Below, piece after piece: positions 16,101 to 25,042 of a stretch of 56,494 nucleotides of DNA. This DNA comes from a virus. Lineage: Duplodnaviria > Caudoviricetes. The DNA lies in the IMG/VR virus record IMGVR_UViG_3300005613_000078, positions 1-56,494 of that record. One strand, written 5' to 3'. The translations under genes and the position numbers were made by a program. The notes beneath the pieces are model-generated. The model saw only the letters and a list, made by a program, of their open reading frames with translations. It searched no databases and had not been told where the DNA came from. Within the stretch, counting starts at the first letter, position 1. Each line of letters starts with the position of its first letter.

Positions 16101-19100
16101 ACATCAGGGAAAACTAATTCTTTTGAAGTCGCATCCTCTGGTAAAGTTGGCATTACGTCAACAGCAAATCTTACAATCAGTGCTACGGAAAATCTTCCCT
16201 CAATTTTGTGGTACAGATTTGAAACCACTAATAAGTCAATTATCCCCTCTGTAAAAAATGAATTAATTATTGATAAAGATGTTAATGCTTATAATCAAAT
16301 AAATGTCATAAGGACAGAAATAGATGGACCAAGAACCGTCACAGGTATTGGAACCACTACTTTTACATTTATTGTTAAGAAATCACCTGATGTTTTATCT
16401 TATGATTCAACTAATTCGGAACCTTTTTATTCTACAAATTCAAAATCAGCATATGGACCAATCAACGATGTAAGAATTATTGATCCTGGTTTTGGTTATA
16501 GAACTATTCCATCAATTTCTTCTATCAGAAGTGGTTTTGGAACAGGTGCTTTAGTTGAAGTTGATGGAGACATAGGAAAACTTTTTAATGTACAATTTAT
16601 TTCAAACAATATAGGATTTGATTATCCTAATGACTCTACATTAGATGTAGTGGCAGGAATTCCAGAAATTATTAAATTAGATCCGCTTTCTTCTTTCCAA
16701 AGTATTGGAATTACTTCTAGTGGCATAAATTATCTCAATTCTCCTGACTTAGTTGTTATAGATGGACTTTCTGGAAAAACAGTTGATGTAGAACTTGAAT
16801 ATGAACTGGGTGATACTGAAGTTACCATTCTTAAAAATACTTCTTCTCTTTTCTATGTGCCACCAACATTTATCCCTGTTAATAACTCAAATGGATTTTC
16901 AATCTCTTCGCTGACTTATAATAACACTAGCAAGGTGGTTAGACTTTTCCTTTCTCATCAATTTGCATCTAACTCGAATTATCCGTTTGAAATTGACAAA
17001 CCAATTCTAGTTGAAAATGTTAGTATTGGTATTGGTTCTACGGGTTCAGGATATAACTCAAAAGACTATTCTTACACATTATTCCCTGTAACTGGTGTTA
17101 ATACAAATGCTGGCGGTAGTGGTGCCTGGGTTGAATATGATTTAAGTGAGCAAGTAGGTGATTCTGGATTTCCTGGTAATTTTAGCACCGATTCTATTGG
17201 TAAAGTCATTCCAAAGACTCACTTTCCAACATTTAACGCACAACTTCGTAAAAATATATTTGTTGATGGTGAAAAATTAGTAAGTGAAAATTTCACAGGA
17301 AGAGTTCAGAATTGGAATCCAAACAATGAGACTTTGAAGGCAACAATTAATGGTGTTGCATCACCTAATGATACGGTTCGTGGATTTACCTCTGGAGCGG
17401 TAGGCGTAATTCAATCCATAGATATTTTTGATTCTCGTATTGAGGTTGGTGCTGGAGCAACCATATATGATGGATGGCAAAGAAATACTGGATTCCTGAA
17501 TGATAATCTTCAAAGGATCCCAAACAATGAGTATTATCAAGAATTATCGTATTCAATTTCCTCTGAAATTGATTTAGATACATGGAATGATCCTATAAGC
17601 ACCCATACACACACTGCTGGATTCAGAAAATTCTCTGATCTTCAAATTTATAGTGGTGCTAGCACTGAAAATTCTGCGATTGTTGATACAAATAATTCTA
17701 ACGTAGTTACAATTGTTGATATTGTCAGCAATGGTGATCTAAATTGTCACACAGACTTTGACGAAGCCACTGAAAGAGGTAAATTTATTGATAATGTTTA
17801 TATTTCTGATGAAATTATTTTTAAGAATAGAGTTGTAACCGATTTCCTTCAATCAATTGGAAACAGAGTTCTTGAAATTGATGACTTTTCAAATCAGTTT
17901 AATAGTAATGCAAGAGCAACTCCTTTCTCTATTGTAGCTTCTTACGAAGCAAATTATAATTATAATAAAATTTTCACTTATGTGAAAGATAGAACATTCA
18001 CTGACGAAAGACAGTTCGCTATTGTTTCTATTCTCCAGGATGATCAAATTGGATACATGAGTCAGTATGCAAGCATTGAAACATATCCTTATCTTGGTTA
18101 TTTTGATTATGCCTCCACAGCAGAAGGTTGGAACTTACTGTTCTATCCTGTTAAGTTTGAATCCAATATTTACGATGTGACCACATCGGCAATCAATATC
18201 CTTGCTGGTGTAGCTGATACTTCAATTAGAGCATTTGGTGATGTTTCTTACATTGTTGGTTCAACTGTCGATATTCCAGCAAGCACAACAACTTCTATCG
18301 TTTCATTTGGAACCACATATAGAGCAGCAAAACTTATCAACCTGTTCGTAGGAACTGATGATAAGATGTATGGTGCTGAATTAAATATCGTACACGATGG
18401 AACTGATTGTTATCAAATTGAAATGAATGCCATTGATGAAAATCAAGGATTATATGGTGCTGGATTTGGAACGTTTGATTCTAGAATCGTTGGTAGTAAT
18501 GTTGTCGTTGACTTCACGCCAGATGCTTCAGTATCTGTAGCACTTACTTGTTCTACTGCTTCAATTCTTGTTTCAGATAACAATACAACTGCTGGTAATG
18601 AATTTTTAGATGTTACAAGAGTCGGATCTTCTTATAGTTCTATAGCAGCATCGGGTTCTCCAACAGCAAATGTTGTTGCTTCTTATGAAAGTCCTTCAGA
18701 ATCTGCATATTACTTTGTAACGATTGAAAATACCACAGATAATGAGTATGAAATTTTAGAACTTGGTTCTATTAATTCAGATACCAATGAAGCATATGTT
18801 GAGTTTGCTAACGTAAGAACCGGTGGTAATATCGGAACAATTGGCGTTCAAACTGGAACTGACAGTATTGATGTTGTCTTCACACCAATAGCAAATAAAG
18901 CAGTTGAGGTTAGAACATACTTCACTGAAATGAATATCTTTGACTCAAATGAAAGATCTGGAGTCATAGACATTGATAATGTTCAAGTTACCGCAGATCA
19001 CCGTGATTATCAAGGAACATTACTTGATGTTAAGACACAATTTGAACTAAAACACGATGGTGACAATATCTTCAGAAGAGTATTTGAAGGTAACAATTCT

Positions 19101-22100
19101 TCAATTGTTGATGTATCAAATAATACAATTACAATTCCCAATCACTTCTTTGTAAGTGGTGAACAAGTCAAATATAGCAATCCTGGAACCGGTTCCACGA
19201 TGGCAATCAGAATTGACTCTACCACTTTCCCAGGAGTCGGTGCTACAACATTACTTCCAACTAATGTATTTGTTATTAAAGACGATGAAGCAAAAATCAG
19301 GTTAGCTTCAAGTGCCGAAAACGCTCTTGCCGAAACACCTGTATCTATTGGATTCTCTGGTGTAGGAATTGGATTATCACATGCTATCAATTCAATTAAT
19401 CAGAATGCTAAAGCAATTGTGGCAATTGATAATATTATTCAGTCACCGGTTGCTCAAACTGATTTGACCACAACTTTAGATCAAGATATTAATTTTGAAA
19501 CTAGATTTAACACGACCGGAATTACATCATTTATCGCTGGTGATATTATCAAAGTCGATGATGAGTTTATGATAATACAAGGTACTGGAATTGGCAATAC
19601 AGTTTCAGTATCAGTTGAAAGAGCAGCTCTAGGTTCAGCAATAGGAGTTCACACCACTGGTGCAACCATAACAAAATTTACTGGTAATTATGATATAAGA
19701 GATAATTCAATCAATTTTATTTCCGCACCATTTGGTAATATACCTCTTAGTACAACTACAGGTGACCCTAGTGCTAGAGACTGGACTGGTATTACAACCA
19801 GTTCTAAGTTTCAAGGTAGAACATTTATGAAACGTGCTGCTGTAGGCACGACTGAAGAAACCTATCACGGCAACTATGTCTTCGATGACATCTCAGATAG
19901 ATTTACTGGTGTTGGAAAGACATACACATTACAAAATGATGGCAACAATGTAACTGGCATTGACACTAGCACAGTTGTACTTATAAATGGAATCTATCAG
20001 GTCAACCAGGGTGTTCAAGCATATGATGGAGATTATGAAGTAATTGAAAATTCTGGAATTAGTTCTATTGTATTCTCTGGAGAAGCAGTAACACAAGGAT
20101 ATGATCCTAATAGATCCTCACTTCCGGTTGGTGGTAGATTTATTTCTGTTGGATCAACTGAGGGATTTGGATATCAACCACTAGTCTCCGCTGGGGGAAC
20201 CGCAGTTATCTCTGCTGCTGGCACAGTTTCATCAATCAGTATTGGCAACAGTGGTTCTGGATACAGAGTTGGACTTAATACTGTTTATAATGTTGGTGTT
20301 CAAACATTTAGTGGTGTTCTTCCTAATATTGAAAATATTGGCACTGCTGTCGTTCAGAACGGACACGTTGTTAGTGTTGCAATTACAAACCCTGGAACAG
20401 GTTATACATTTACTAATGCACCTGTGGTCGTATTTGATTCACCACTTAGTTATAGCAACGTCCCATTAATCTACAGTTCAGAAAGTCCTTCTTCAAATGG
20501 AAGAGAAGCGACTGTTGATATAGTTGTGGGTCAAGGTTCAAGTGTTATTGACTTTGAAATCAGAAATCAGGGATATGGATATCGTGACGGTGATGTTTTA
20601 ACTGTTGCTATAGGTGGAACAACAGGTATACCCACAAACACATCATTAACATATGATGAATTTCAGATAAGAGTTGAGGACACTTATTCTGATCAGTTTA
20701 ACGCTTGGTCTATTGGTGAATTCCAAGTATTCGATAGACTTGATTCTCAGTTTGATGGATCTACGAAGTCTTTTAGACTCACCATTAATGAAGAAGTCGT
20801 TTCTATTAAGGCAGCAGTTGGTTCAAACATTGAAGTTGAACAAACTCTTCTGGTATTCATCAATGATATTCTTCAAAAACCAAATGAAGGATTTACATTC
20901 AGTGGTGGTAGTGTAATTACATTTAGTGAAGCGCCTAAGGGTCCCGTTGGAGGAGGACAAATAGGGGATACATCCAAAATTCTGTTCTACAAGGGTGCTG
21001 GTTCTGTTGATGTGAAGTTTACAGAAGTTTTAAAAACTGTAAAAGTTGGCGACACACTAGAACTTAATAATAATCCTGAAAAAGGACAAAATATCACACT
21101 TGATCAAGTTCCCAGAACCATTGTTGGTATCAATACACTTGATACCGTTGAAACTGTTTCATATACACAACCTGGAGTAACAACAGATACTACTTTAGAA
21201 AGACCAGTTACCTGGTGTAAGCAAACTGTTGACAAGATTATAAATGGTGACAAAATTGGCAAAGATAGAGAAGCATATGAACCTTCTATCTTTCCAGCAT
21301 CATACTTAACTCAACCTGTTGGTGTCGGCACGACTATTATTCACGTTGATACAGTTAGACCACTATTTGATGCTGACAATGAGCAAAATCTAAGAACCTT
21401 CCAGAATAAAATAAACATCAACTCACAGGACACCTTGGTTGGTGCCACTGTTACTGCAATTATCGGTGCTGATGGTGGTGTTTCATCCTTTGGTATTACT
21501 AATGTTGGTCAAGGATATAGTGGTCTTTCTACCGTATCAATTAAAGTTGCCGCACCTATTGGACTTGGTAACACACAAGCAGCAACTGGTATCGGAACGC
21601 TTAATGCTTCTGGAACATTAGTTTCTGCTTCTGTTATTACACCTGGCACTGGATATACTTATACTGCACCACCCGTAACATTGATTCAAACACCCACATT
21701 AACCGAAGAAGATATGTCCGTTAATACTTACACGGGCGATCATGGCATTATTGTTGGATTTGGAACAACCACATTCACTGCAGGTCTTGGAACACAAACT
21801 CAAGTCATCTTTGACTTCTACATTCCAGTTGATTCTGATATGCGTGATACTGATTTGGTTGGAACTGCGGTTACTGTCAGTGGGATTTCAACTGGTGATT
21901 ATTTCACAATTTATAATTCCAACATAGGACTTGGAACACCTGCTGCTGGAACACTTGAAAGTCTTTACAATGATAATGTAACGGTTCTTGGTATCACTAC
22001 CACATTCTGTGATTGTGTATATCAAGTTGAGGATGTTCAAACACTTCAAGTTAATGTTACAGGTGTAGGCACGACATCGGTTAGAAGAATCTTCTCTAAT

Positions 22101-22373
22101 GTCGGTTCAATTAGCACCGTATCGTTTGGAACCACAACAATTACATTTGACTCCACACAATTCACGTTTGACAGTCAAGTGTTTACAGTCTATCAAGGTG
22201 GAATTAGTACTTCACACAACTTCGGTAGATTCAGTTGGGGTCAGATAGGTGTAAGTAGAGGCACAAATACCAAGTCATTCAACTTCTATGGTGAAAAGGG
22301 ATATGCAGGTATCAACACCTCAGGATTGGTCACCAGATTCAATCCATTGAAATTCAATAATTATGTATCCTAA
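10176..22373 (+). CDS. gp7: giant baseplate wedge initiator / gp7-like virion protein with YHYH-like domain
   Basis: 4065 aa between gp6 and gp8; N-terminal FLEQYY...FYQSKGT...LFRALYG; many GxGY-x-xP beta repeats; HTAGF motif. Confidence 0.75.
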   Translation: MAIDRVKIQDILASQVPEYVKDDFPLLVEFLEQYYISQETKGGTFDLIQNLDQYVKVDQLYNLKTDTILNSDISSIDTTIVTDVNSNFTEGFAKENGLIKIDNEIIAYGYKTETTFEDCVRGFSGISSYVGTNSSDELVFDETIASSHKKGSSIQNLNVLFLQEFFAKLKRQVLPGFQDRKLFDNLDQRNFIFGASSFYQSKGTDASVEILFRALYGKEAEVIRPSEFLIRPSDADYRITKDFVVKSYIGDPLDLKGRTLYQPIISANGSIVGINTITGEIDNNTIIRGSVCDIERLPFDEGQYYQVSIDIGYDRDTDVEGSIRGLYQSNPKTQIVNTVGAGSSIIDVDSTIGFPDKGSLFTSDIDNNVIKINYGSKTINQFNEISTSDITGEIAEGSNLNYNNTCFAFKGDDKIEVIMTSTLTNLLLKEQTKNLNVGDTINVKSIGLPATYKKATNWFYNIKTKFQSKEITEIDRTESIYRFQLFNRHFFKIGYAIRVSGSDGVIRTGNVTSVNSDFSFTVKLSTSLSDLQLSLNYTVTNLLSKSDSSDYTQLRNYTTNVQNIYTKFNKDILVASNSIPTYLQTPLNPYDKKITFSGSASSDGTIIITPTTEHGFFTGDSVFYKGSITTTTTTTPDGNQIITEVTNKFTNMDELVYFVKRIDSTSIKLARSKSDLFDNKFIVPSGTAINNQLIYFDFYQKSVNQQTLYREFVEPNNKSGTFNTTPGYVGMLINGVEILNFKSPKSVYYGNINEVEIVDQGYGYDVINPPLLNITDILGVGATGTCSVDGSLERIDLKDTGYDYVDTPIVRITGGFPEEDASAKINLSSINHSVVFNAGAASTNVKLNPNNTIGFGTFHKFRDFERVVYNTYGSTSVTGISTNSLYYVKVVDAFTINLHKSESDAISGINTISLTAYGNDTHSIDAHERKKIVTNIIVTNPGKGYKNNERNINPIGVVTSLNTINILNHNYNEKDIIRYTPGTSPISGINSNTDYFVKVDDKDSIRLFEIGVGGTDRNYYYDNDIEVSIASTGNGSLNYERINVSVEGTIGVNSLTDQDFTCKVIPVFRGSITSTNITSKGVGYGASTILNFDRQPDITFDSGSNAQLFPVVSNGKIIDVIVQNSGTGYNSPPDLEIVGVGSFAKLTPIIHNGSIVTVNIISGGIGYNQGDIQLKVKPSGLDATAVAKIQEWNVDIFTNDFENIDSDDGFLDDNISSTNLQYGHVYAPRKLRESIYAIDFQGNTLYGEPDLKVENGIEIDSLQHSPIIGWAYDGNPIYGPYGYSNGTGGAIKQMRPGYELVTNQSQRPPFSSFKEGFFVEDYVFKGTGDLDENNGRICVTPDFPDGVYAYFATFNLSVDTSGTFDKYKRPQFPYLIGPTFKSEPNPFNFKKTSNQTEYDIEKNDWLRNTYFYYINNQYAEYDYIFNSDKIKAQYLKITGASSGVINTVGIVTGGTQYRVNDRVFFDNKGTGGINARASVSRVDGKKVNTVSIATTTVNNFEFVPFGSRSRFIGISSTPHKFNNGEFITIDGLSQYYSNLDGTYRIGVSTSNFVLTEAVGAASTTGINTFISVSGNLQYPRLVVNDILKIGNEKVKVLNIEPNRIRVSRKQEDTVSSAHTSTTPITSDPNKLTVEVGSAKTTKILTFNRELYFIPSESVGIGTSIGVGIGNTLSITNPGAGVSEIFVGPRQIYFPGHGLRLNDKLRYNLNGGSSINYWNGIAGVANTNLTGITTLYAVPFNETFIGVSSNLVGLGTTGKYIGINTNTGLLYFTGIGTGDNHSFKTDLTNVITANVSRNTVTVATDETHGLTYLDNINFDLKPKREITIDVRYDDFNRRIIFNPKNFTAGDINLSQNTISFSDHNFRTGDRVIHTSSSPSGGLDNEGMYFVYLYKKNEIKLVNNKSDLNLIEPTFVNITSASNGTLSRINPFIEVSRKNTLKFDLSDQSLSFISNGIRYSAFDMKVFSDIEFNNRFLTSGKTNSFEVASSGKVGITSTANLTISATENLPSILWYRFETTNKSIIPSVKNELIIDKDVNAYNQINVIRTEIDGPRTVTGIGTTTFTFIVKKSPDVLSYDSTNSEPFYSTNSKSAYGPINDVRIIDPGFGYRTIPSISSIRSGFGTGALVEVDGDIGKLFNVQFISNNIGFDYPNDSTLDVVAGIPEIIKLDPLSSFQSIGITSSGINYLNSPDLVVIDGLSGKTVDVELEYELGDTEVTILKNTSSLFYVPPTFIPVNNSNGFSISSLTYNNTSKVVRLFLSHQFASNSNYPFEIDKPILVENVSIGIGSTGSGYNSKDYSYTLFPVTGVNTNAGGSGAWVEYDLSEQVGDSGFPGNFSTDSIGKVIPKTHFPTFNAQLRKNIFVDGEKLVSENFTGRVQNWNPNNETLKATINGVASPNDTVRGFTSGAVGVIQSIDIFDSRIEVGAGATIYDGWQRNTGFLNDNLQRIPNNEYYQELSYSISSEIDLDTWNDPISTHTHTAGFRKFSDLQIYSGASTENSAIVDTNNSNVVTIVDIVSNGDLNCHTDFDEATERGKFIDNVYISDEIIFKNRVVTDFLQSIGNRVLEIDDFSNQFNSNARATPFSIVASYEANYNYNKIFTYVKDRTFTDERQFAIVSILQDDQIGYMSQYASIETYPYLGYFDYASTAEGWNLLFYPVKFESNIYDVTTSAINILAGVADTSIRAFGDVSYIVGSTVDIPASTTTSIVSFGTTYRAAKLINLFVGTDDKMYGAELNIVHDGTDCYQIEMNAIDENQGLYGAGFGTFDSRIVGSNVVVDFTPDASVSVALTCSTASILVSDNNTTAGNEFLDVTRVGSSYSSIAASGSPTANVVASYESPSESAYYFVTIENTTDNEYEILELGSINSDTNEAYVEFANVRTGGNIGTIGVQTGTDSIDVVFTPIANKAVEVRTYFTEMNIFDSNERSGVIDIDNVQVTADHRDYQGTLLDVKTQFELKHDGDNIFRRVFEGNNSSIVDVSNNTITIPNHFFVSGEQVKYSNPGTGSTMAIRIDSTTFPGVGATTLLPTNVFVIKDDEAKIRLASSAENALAETPVSIGFSGVGIGLSHAINSINQNAKAIVAIDNIIQSPVAQTDLTTTLDQDINFETRFNTTGITSFIAGDIIKVDDEFMIIQGTGIGNTVSVSVERAALGSAIGVHTTGATITKFTGNYDIRDNSINFISAPFGNIPLSTTTGDPSARDWTGITTSSKFQGRTFMKRAAVGTTEETYHGNYVFDDISDRFTGVGKTYTLQNDGNNVTGIDTSTVVLINGIYQVNQGVQAYDGDYEVIENSGISSIVFSGEAVTQGYDPNRSSLPVGGRFISVGSTEGFGYQPLVSAGGTAVISAAGTVSSISIGNSGSGYRVGLNTVYNVGVQTFSGVLPNIENIGTAVVQNGHVVSVAITNPGTGYTFTNAPVVVFDSPLSYSNVPLIYSSESPSSNGREATVDIVVGQGSSVIDFEIRNQGYGYRDGDVLTVAIGGTTGIPTNTSLTYDEFQIRVEDTYSDQFNAWSIGEFQVFDRLDSQFDGSTKSFRLTINEEVVSIKAAVGSNIEVEQTLLVFINDILQKPNEGFTFSGGSVITFSEAPKGPVGGGQIGDTSKILFYKGAGSVDVKFTEVLKTVKVGDTLELNNNPEKGQNITLDQVPRTIVGINTLDTVETVSYTQPGVTTDTTLERPVTWCKQTVDKIINGDKIGKDREAYEPSIFPASYLTQPVGVGTTIIHVDTVRPLFDADNEQNLRTFQNKININSQDTLVGATVTAIIGADGGVSSFGITNVGQGYSGLSTVSIKVAAPIGLGNTQAATGIGTLNASGTLVSASVITPGTGYTYTAPPVTLIQTPTLTEEDMSVNTYTGDHGIIVGFGTTTFTAGLGTQTQVIFDFYIPVDSDMRDTDLVGTAVTVSGISTGDYFTIYNSNIGLGTPAAGTLESLYNDNVTVLGITTTFCDCVYQVEDVQTLQVNVTGVGTTSVRRIFSNVGSISTVSFGTTTITFDSTQFTFDSQVFTVYQGGISTSHNFGRFSWGQIGVSRGTNTKSFNFYGEKGYAGINTSGLVTRFNPLKFNNYVS

Positions 22374-22376
22374 ATA
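22370..22376 (+). promoter_or_regulatory. T4-type late promoter
   Basis: CTAAATA overlapping the upstream stop codon. Confidence 0.6.
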
Positions 22377-22401
22377 TTTTTACGAAAAAGAGCTGTAGGA
22401 A

Positions 22402-23430
22402 ATGGCAAAACAAGGCATTGGAACAGGTAGCTCCCCCAATGACGGAACTGGCGATACTTTATTAACGGGCGCTGGTAAGATTAATGACAATTTTGATGAG
22501 GTTTATGGTGTCATCGGTGATGGCACTTCACTTTTTGTTGGCGTTGTAACCCAGATTACTGCTGGAACTAATGTTAGTATTTCTACAGCATACGGATCGG
22601 TTCAAGTTTCTGCTGGATCTACAGCAAATGTGAGGGCAGATACTTTAGTTGTTACTGGCGTATCAACATTAGGCATTGTAACTGGTGCGACTTATTTTGG
22701 TGATGGATCCAATCTTACTGGTATGGCAAATACCAGTAATGTTAGAACAAATTCACTTAATGTTTCTGGCGTATCCACCGTAGCATCATTAAATTCAACT
22801 GGTGTTGTGACTGCCACTTCTTTTGTTGGAAGTGGCGTAAATCTTACTGGAATCACTACTTTGATTAAAGCGGGTGATAATGTTACACTAACAACTGATT
22901 CTGGTATTACCACAATCACATCTACTGCTATCGCATCAACTGCAGAATTAAGAGCAAACACATTAGAAGTCACTGGTATTTCAACATTCAGCTCTTCTGG
23001 TGTTGCTGTTACTGTTACCAATAATATTTTTATTGGAGGTGACTTTGAAGTTGGATTTGCAGGTTCCATGCGTGGTAATGGATCATACGTTACAGACCAA
23101 AGATGGTCAATATCAGGTGCTAACCCCATCTATACCTTTACTGGTATTGGTATCACATCTGGTAACAGAAATAATCCATATCTTTATTTTCAAAGAGGTG
23201 GTGTTTATGAAATTGAAAACACCACACCTAATTCTCATCCACTTCAAATCAGAGAATCTGCTGGTGGTGTTGAATGGACTGCCGGAGTAAGCACCTATCG
23301 TTCAAGTGCTAGTTCTGTAACGACCAGAATTGAAGTTCCATTGAATGCTCCAAATACACTTGTTTATCAGTGTACCATACATTCGGGAATGTACTCAACC
23401 ATTTCGGTATACCCTAATGCCCTCACATAA
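22402..23430 (+). CDS. short fibre/baseplate-appendage protein with gp9/gp10-like N-terminus and cupredoxin-like C-terminus
   Basis: MAKQGIGTGSSPNDGTGDTL...KINDNFDE attachment motif; three internal repeats; HPLQI...YQCTIHSGM. Confidence 0.75.
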   Translation: MAKQGIGTGSSPNDGTGDTLLTGAGKINDNFDEVYGVIGDGTSLFVGVVTQITAGTNVSISTAYGSVQVSAGSTANVRADTLVVTGVSTLGIVTGATYFGDGSNLTGMANTSNVRTNSLNVSGVSTVASLNSTGVVTATSFVGSGVNLTGITTLIKAGDNVTLTTDSGITTITSTAIASTAELRANTLEVTGISTFSSSGVAVTVTNNIFIGGDFEVGFAGSMRGNGSYVTDQRWSISGANPIYTFTGIGITSGNRNNPYLYFQRGGVYEIENTTPNSHPLQIRESAGGVEWTAGVSTYRSSASSVTTRIEVPLNAPNTLVYQCTIHSGMYSTISVYPNALT

Positions 23431-23434
23431 TACC

Positions 23435-23442
23435 TATAAATA
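23435..23442 (+). promoter_or_regulatory. T4-type late promoter
   Basis: TATAAATA, the T4 gp55 consensus. Confidence 0.85.
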
Positions 23443-23461
23443 ACAAAAAAGTCCTAATAAA

Positions 23462-25036
23462 ATGGCAGCGATAATTACTGATCAATTAAGAATTTTGAAT
23501 GCTAAGAATTTTGTTGCTGGCGTTCAGTCATCATCAAATTCTTATTATACTTTTATTGGTCTTCCCAATGCATCTGATTATCAGTCGGACTGGAATACGA
23601 ATCCTCCCTCTCCGAAGGATAATTTGAATCAGTCCAATGATTATTGGGACACGATGCTTGCTATGAAAAAGATTTCAAGCAGCGACGTAAGTCAAGTCAT
23701 TAGAAAAGTAACTTGGTCATCAGGAACCACATACGATATGTGGAGAAATGATATTAACAGAGATAATCCTTCGCAACCATCTGGTGCATTTGATATCTAT
23801 GATGCTAATTTTTATGTAATGAATTCTGATTATAGAGTTTATATTTGTCTCTTTAATAATGCTACCCCTGAAAATGCATATCAAGGCGGACCATCACTTG
23901 ATGAACCCACTTTCACTGATTTAGAACCAAGAGCAGCAGGCAGCAGTGGTGACGGATATATTTGGAAATATCTTTACACTATCAAACCCAGTCAAGCAAT
24001 CAAATTTGATTCAACAGATTATATCCCTGTTCCCAATAATTGGTCCACTAGCACTGATGATGCACCAGTAAGACAAAATGCATCTACAAGTGGTCAGTTA
24101 AAGATTGTTACAGTTAGAGGGCGTGGTGTAGGATTAGGAACAGCAAGAACATATACTAGAGTTCCCATTGAAGGTGATGGGAGAGGTGCAGAAGCAACTG
24201 TTGTTGTTAATAATGATGCTAAAATTGAATCAGTAACAGTATCAAACGGTGGTTCTAACTATACGTTTGGAACCGTTGATCTAGAAGCAGGTGGGGTTCC
24301 TACTGGAACAACGGCACCAGTGTTCAATGTAATCGTTCCACCAAATGGTGGTCACGGTGCTGATATTTACCGTGAACTTGGTGCTTATAATGTTCTAACA
24401 TATGCCAGATTTGAAAATGATACCGAAAATCCAGATTTTATCACTGGTAATGAATTTGCTAGGGTTGGATTAATTGAAAATCCGCTAGATAACGATTCAA
24501 ATGCAATTCTATCTAAAGATAAAGCAAGTGCTGTTTACGCTCTAAAACTAACTAGTGGTGGTGATGAATACACGACAGCGACATTTACACCCGATTCGGA
24601 AGTTACACAAACGGTAGGTGTTGGTTCTACCGCTGTTGGTAGAGTTATTTCTTATGATCAACTTACTGGTGTTCTTAAATATTGGCAAGACAGAACCAAT
24701 GCTGGTTTTAACTCAGATGGTACTCTGAATTCAAATCCAACATATGGTTTTGAAACACTAAGATTTACAGGAGATCCTGCCACAGGAGGAACGCTTGATA
24801 TCGTAGGCGGTTCAGTCACTTTAGGCATTGATACAAACTTTGGAACTAGCACTTCTCCAGGTATAAGTACGGTAATAAATAGTCGTACATACTTTCTTGG
24901 TCAGAGTTTTGTTCAGGGAGTGGCACAACCAGAGTCTAAGAAGTATTCTGGAAACATTATCCACGTTGACAACAGACCTTCAGTTACAAGGTCATCCTCA
25001 CAGAAAGAAGACGTAAAGATTATCTTGCAGTTCTAA
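23462..25036 (+). CDS. gp8: baseplate wedge subunit gp8
   Basis: MAAIITDQLR, FYVMNSDYRVYICL, DGYIWKYLYTI and C-terminal QKEDVKIILQF. Confidence 0.93.
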   Translation: MAAIITDQLRILNAKNFVAGVQSSSNSYYTFIGLPNASDYQSDWNTNPPSPKDNLNQSNDYWDTMLAMKKISSSDVSQVIRKVTWSSGTTYDMWRNDINRDNPSQPSGAFDIYDANFYVMNSDYRVYICLFNNATPENAYQGGPSLDEPTFTDLEPRAAGSSGDGYIWKYLYTIKPSQAIKFDSTDYIPVPNNWSTSTDDAPVRQNASTSGQLKIVTVRGRGVGLGTARTYTRVPIEGDGRGAEATVVVNNDAKIESVTVSNGGSNYTFGTVDLEAGGVPTGTTAPVFNVIVPPNGGHGADIYRELGAYNVLTYARFENDTENPDFITGNEFARVGLIENPLDNDSNAILSKDKASAVYALKLTSGGDEYTTATFTPDSEVTQTVGVGSTAVGRVISYDQLTGVLKYWQDRTNAGFNSDGTLNSNPTYGFETLRFTGDPATGGTLDIVGGSVTLGIDTNFGTSTSPGISTVINSRTYFLGQSFVQGVAQPESKKYSGNIIHVDNRPSVTRSSSQKEDVKIILQF

Positions 25037-25042
25037 AGAATT

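Noticed and set aside
24875-24881. Intragenic ATAAATA (also 39474-39480 and intergenic 4092-4098) as late promoters
   Set aside because: Plausible, but this 7-mer is expected by chance in AT-rich DNA and these copies are far from a start codon; not called without TSS data.
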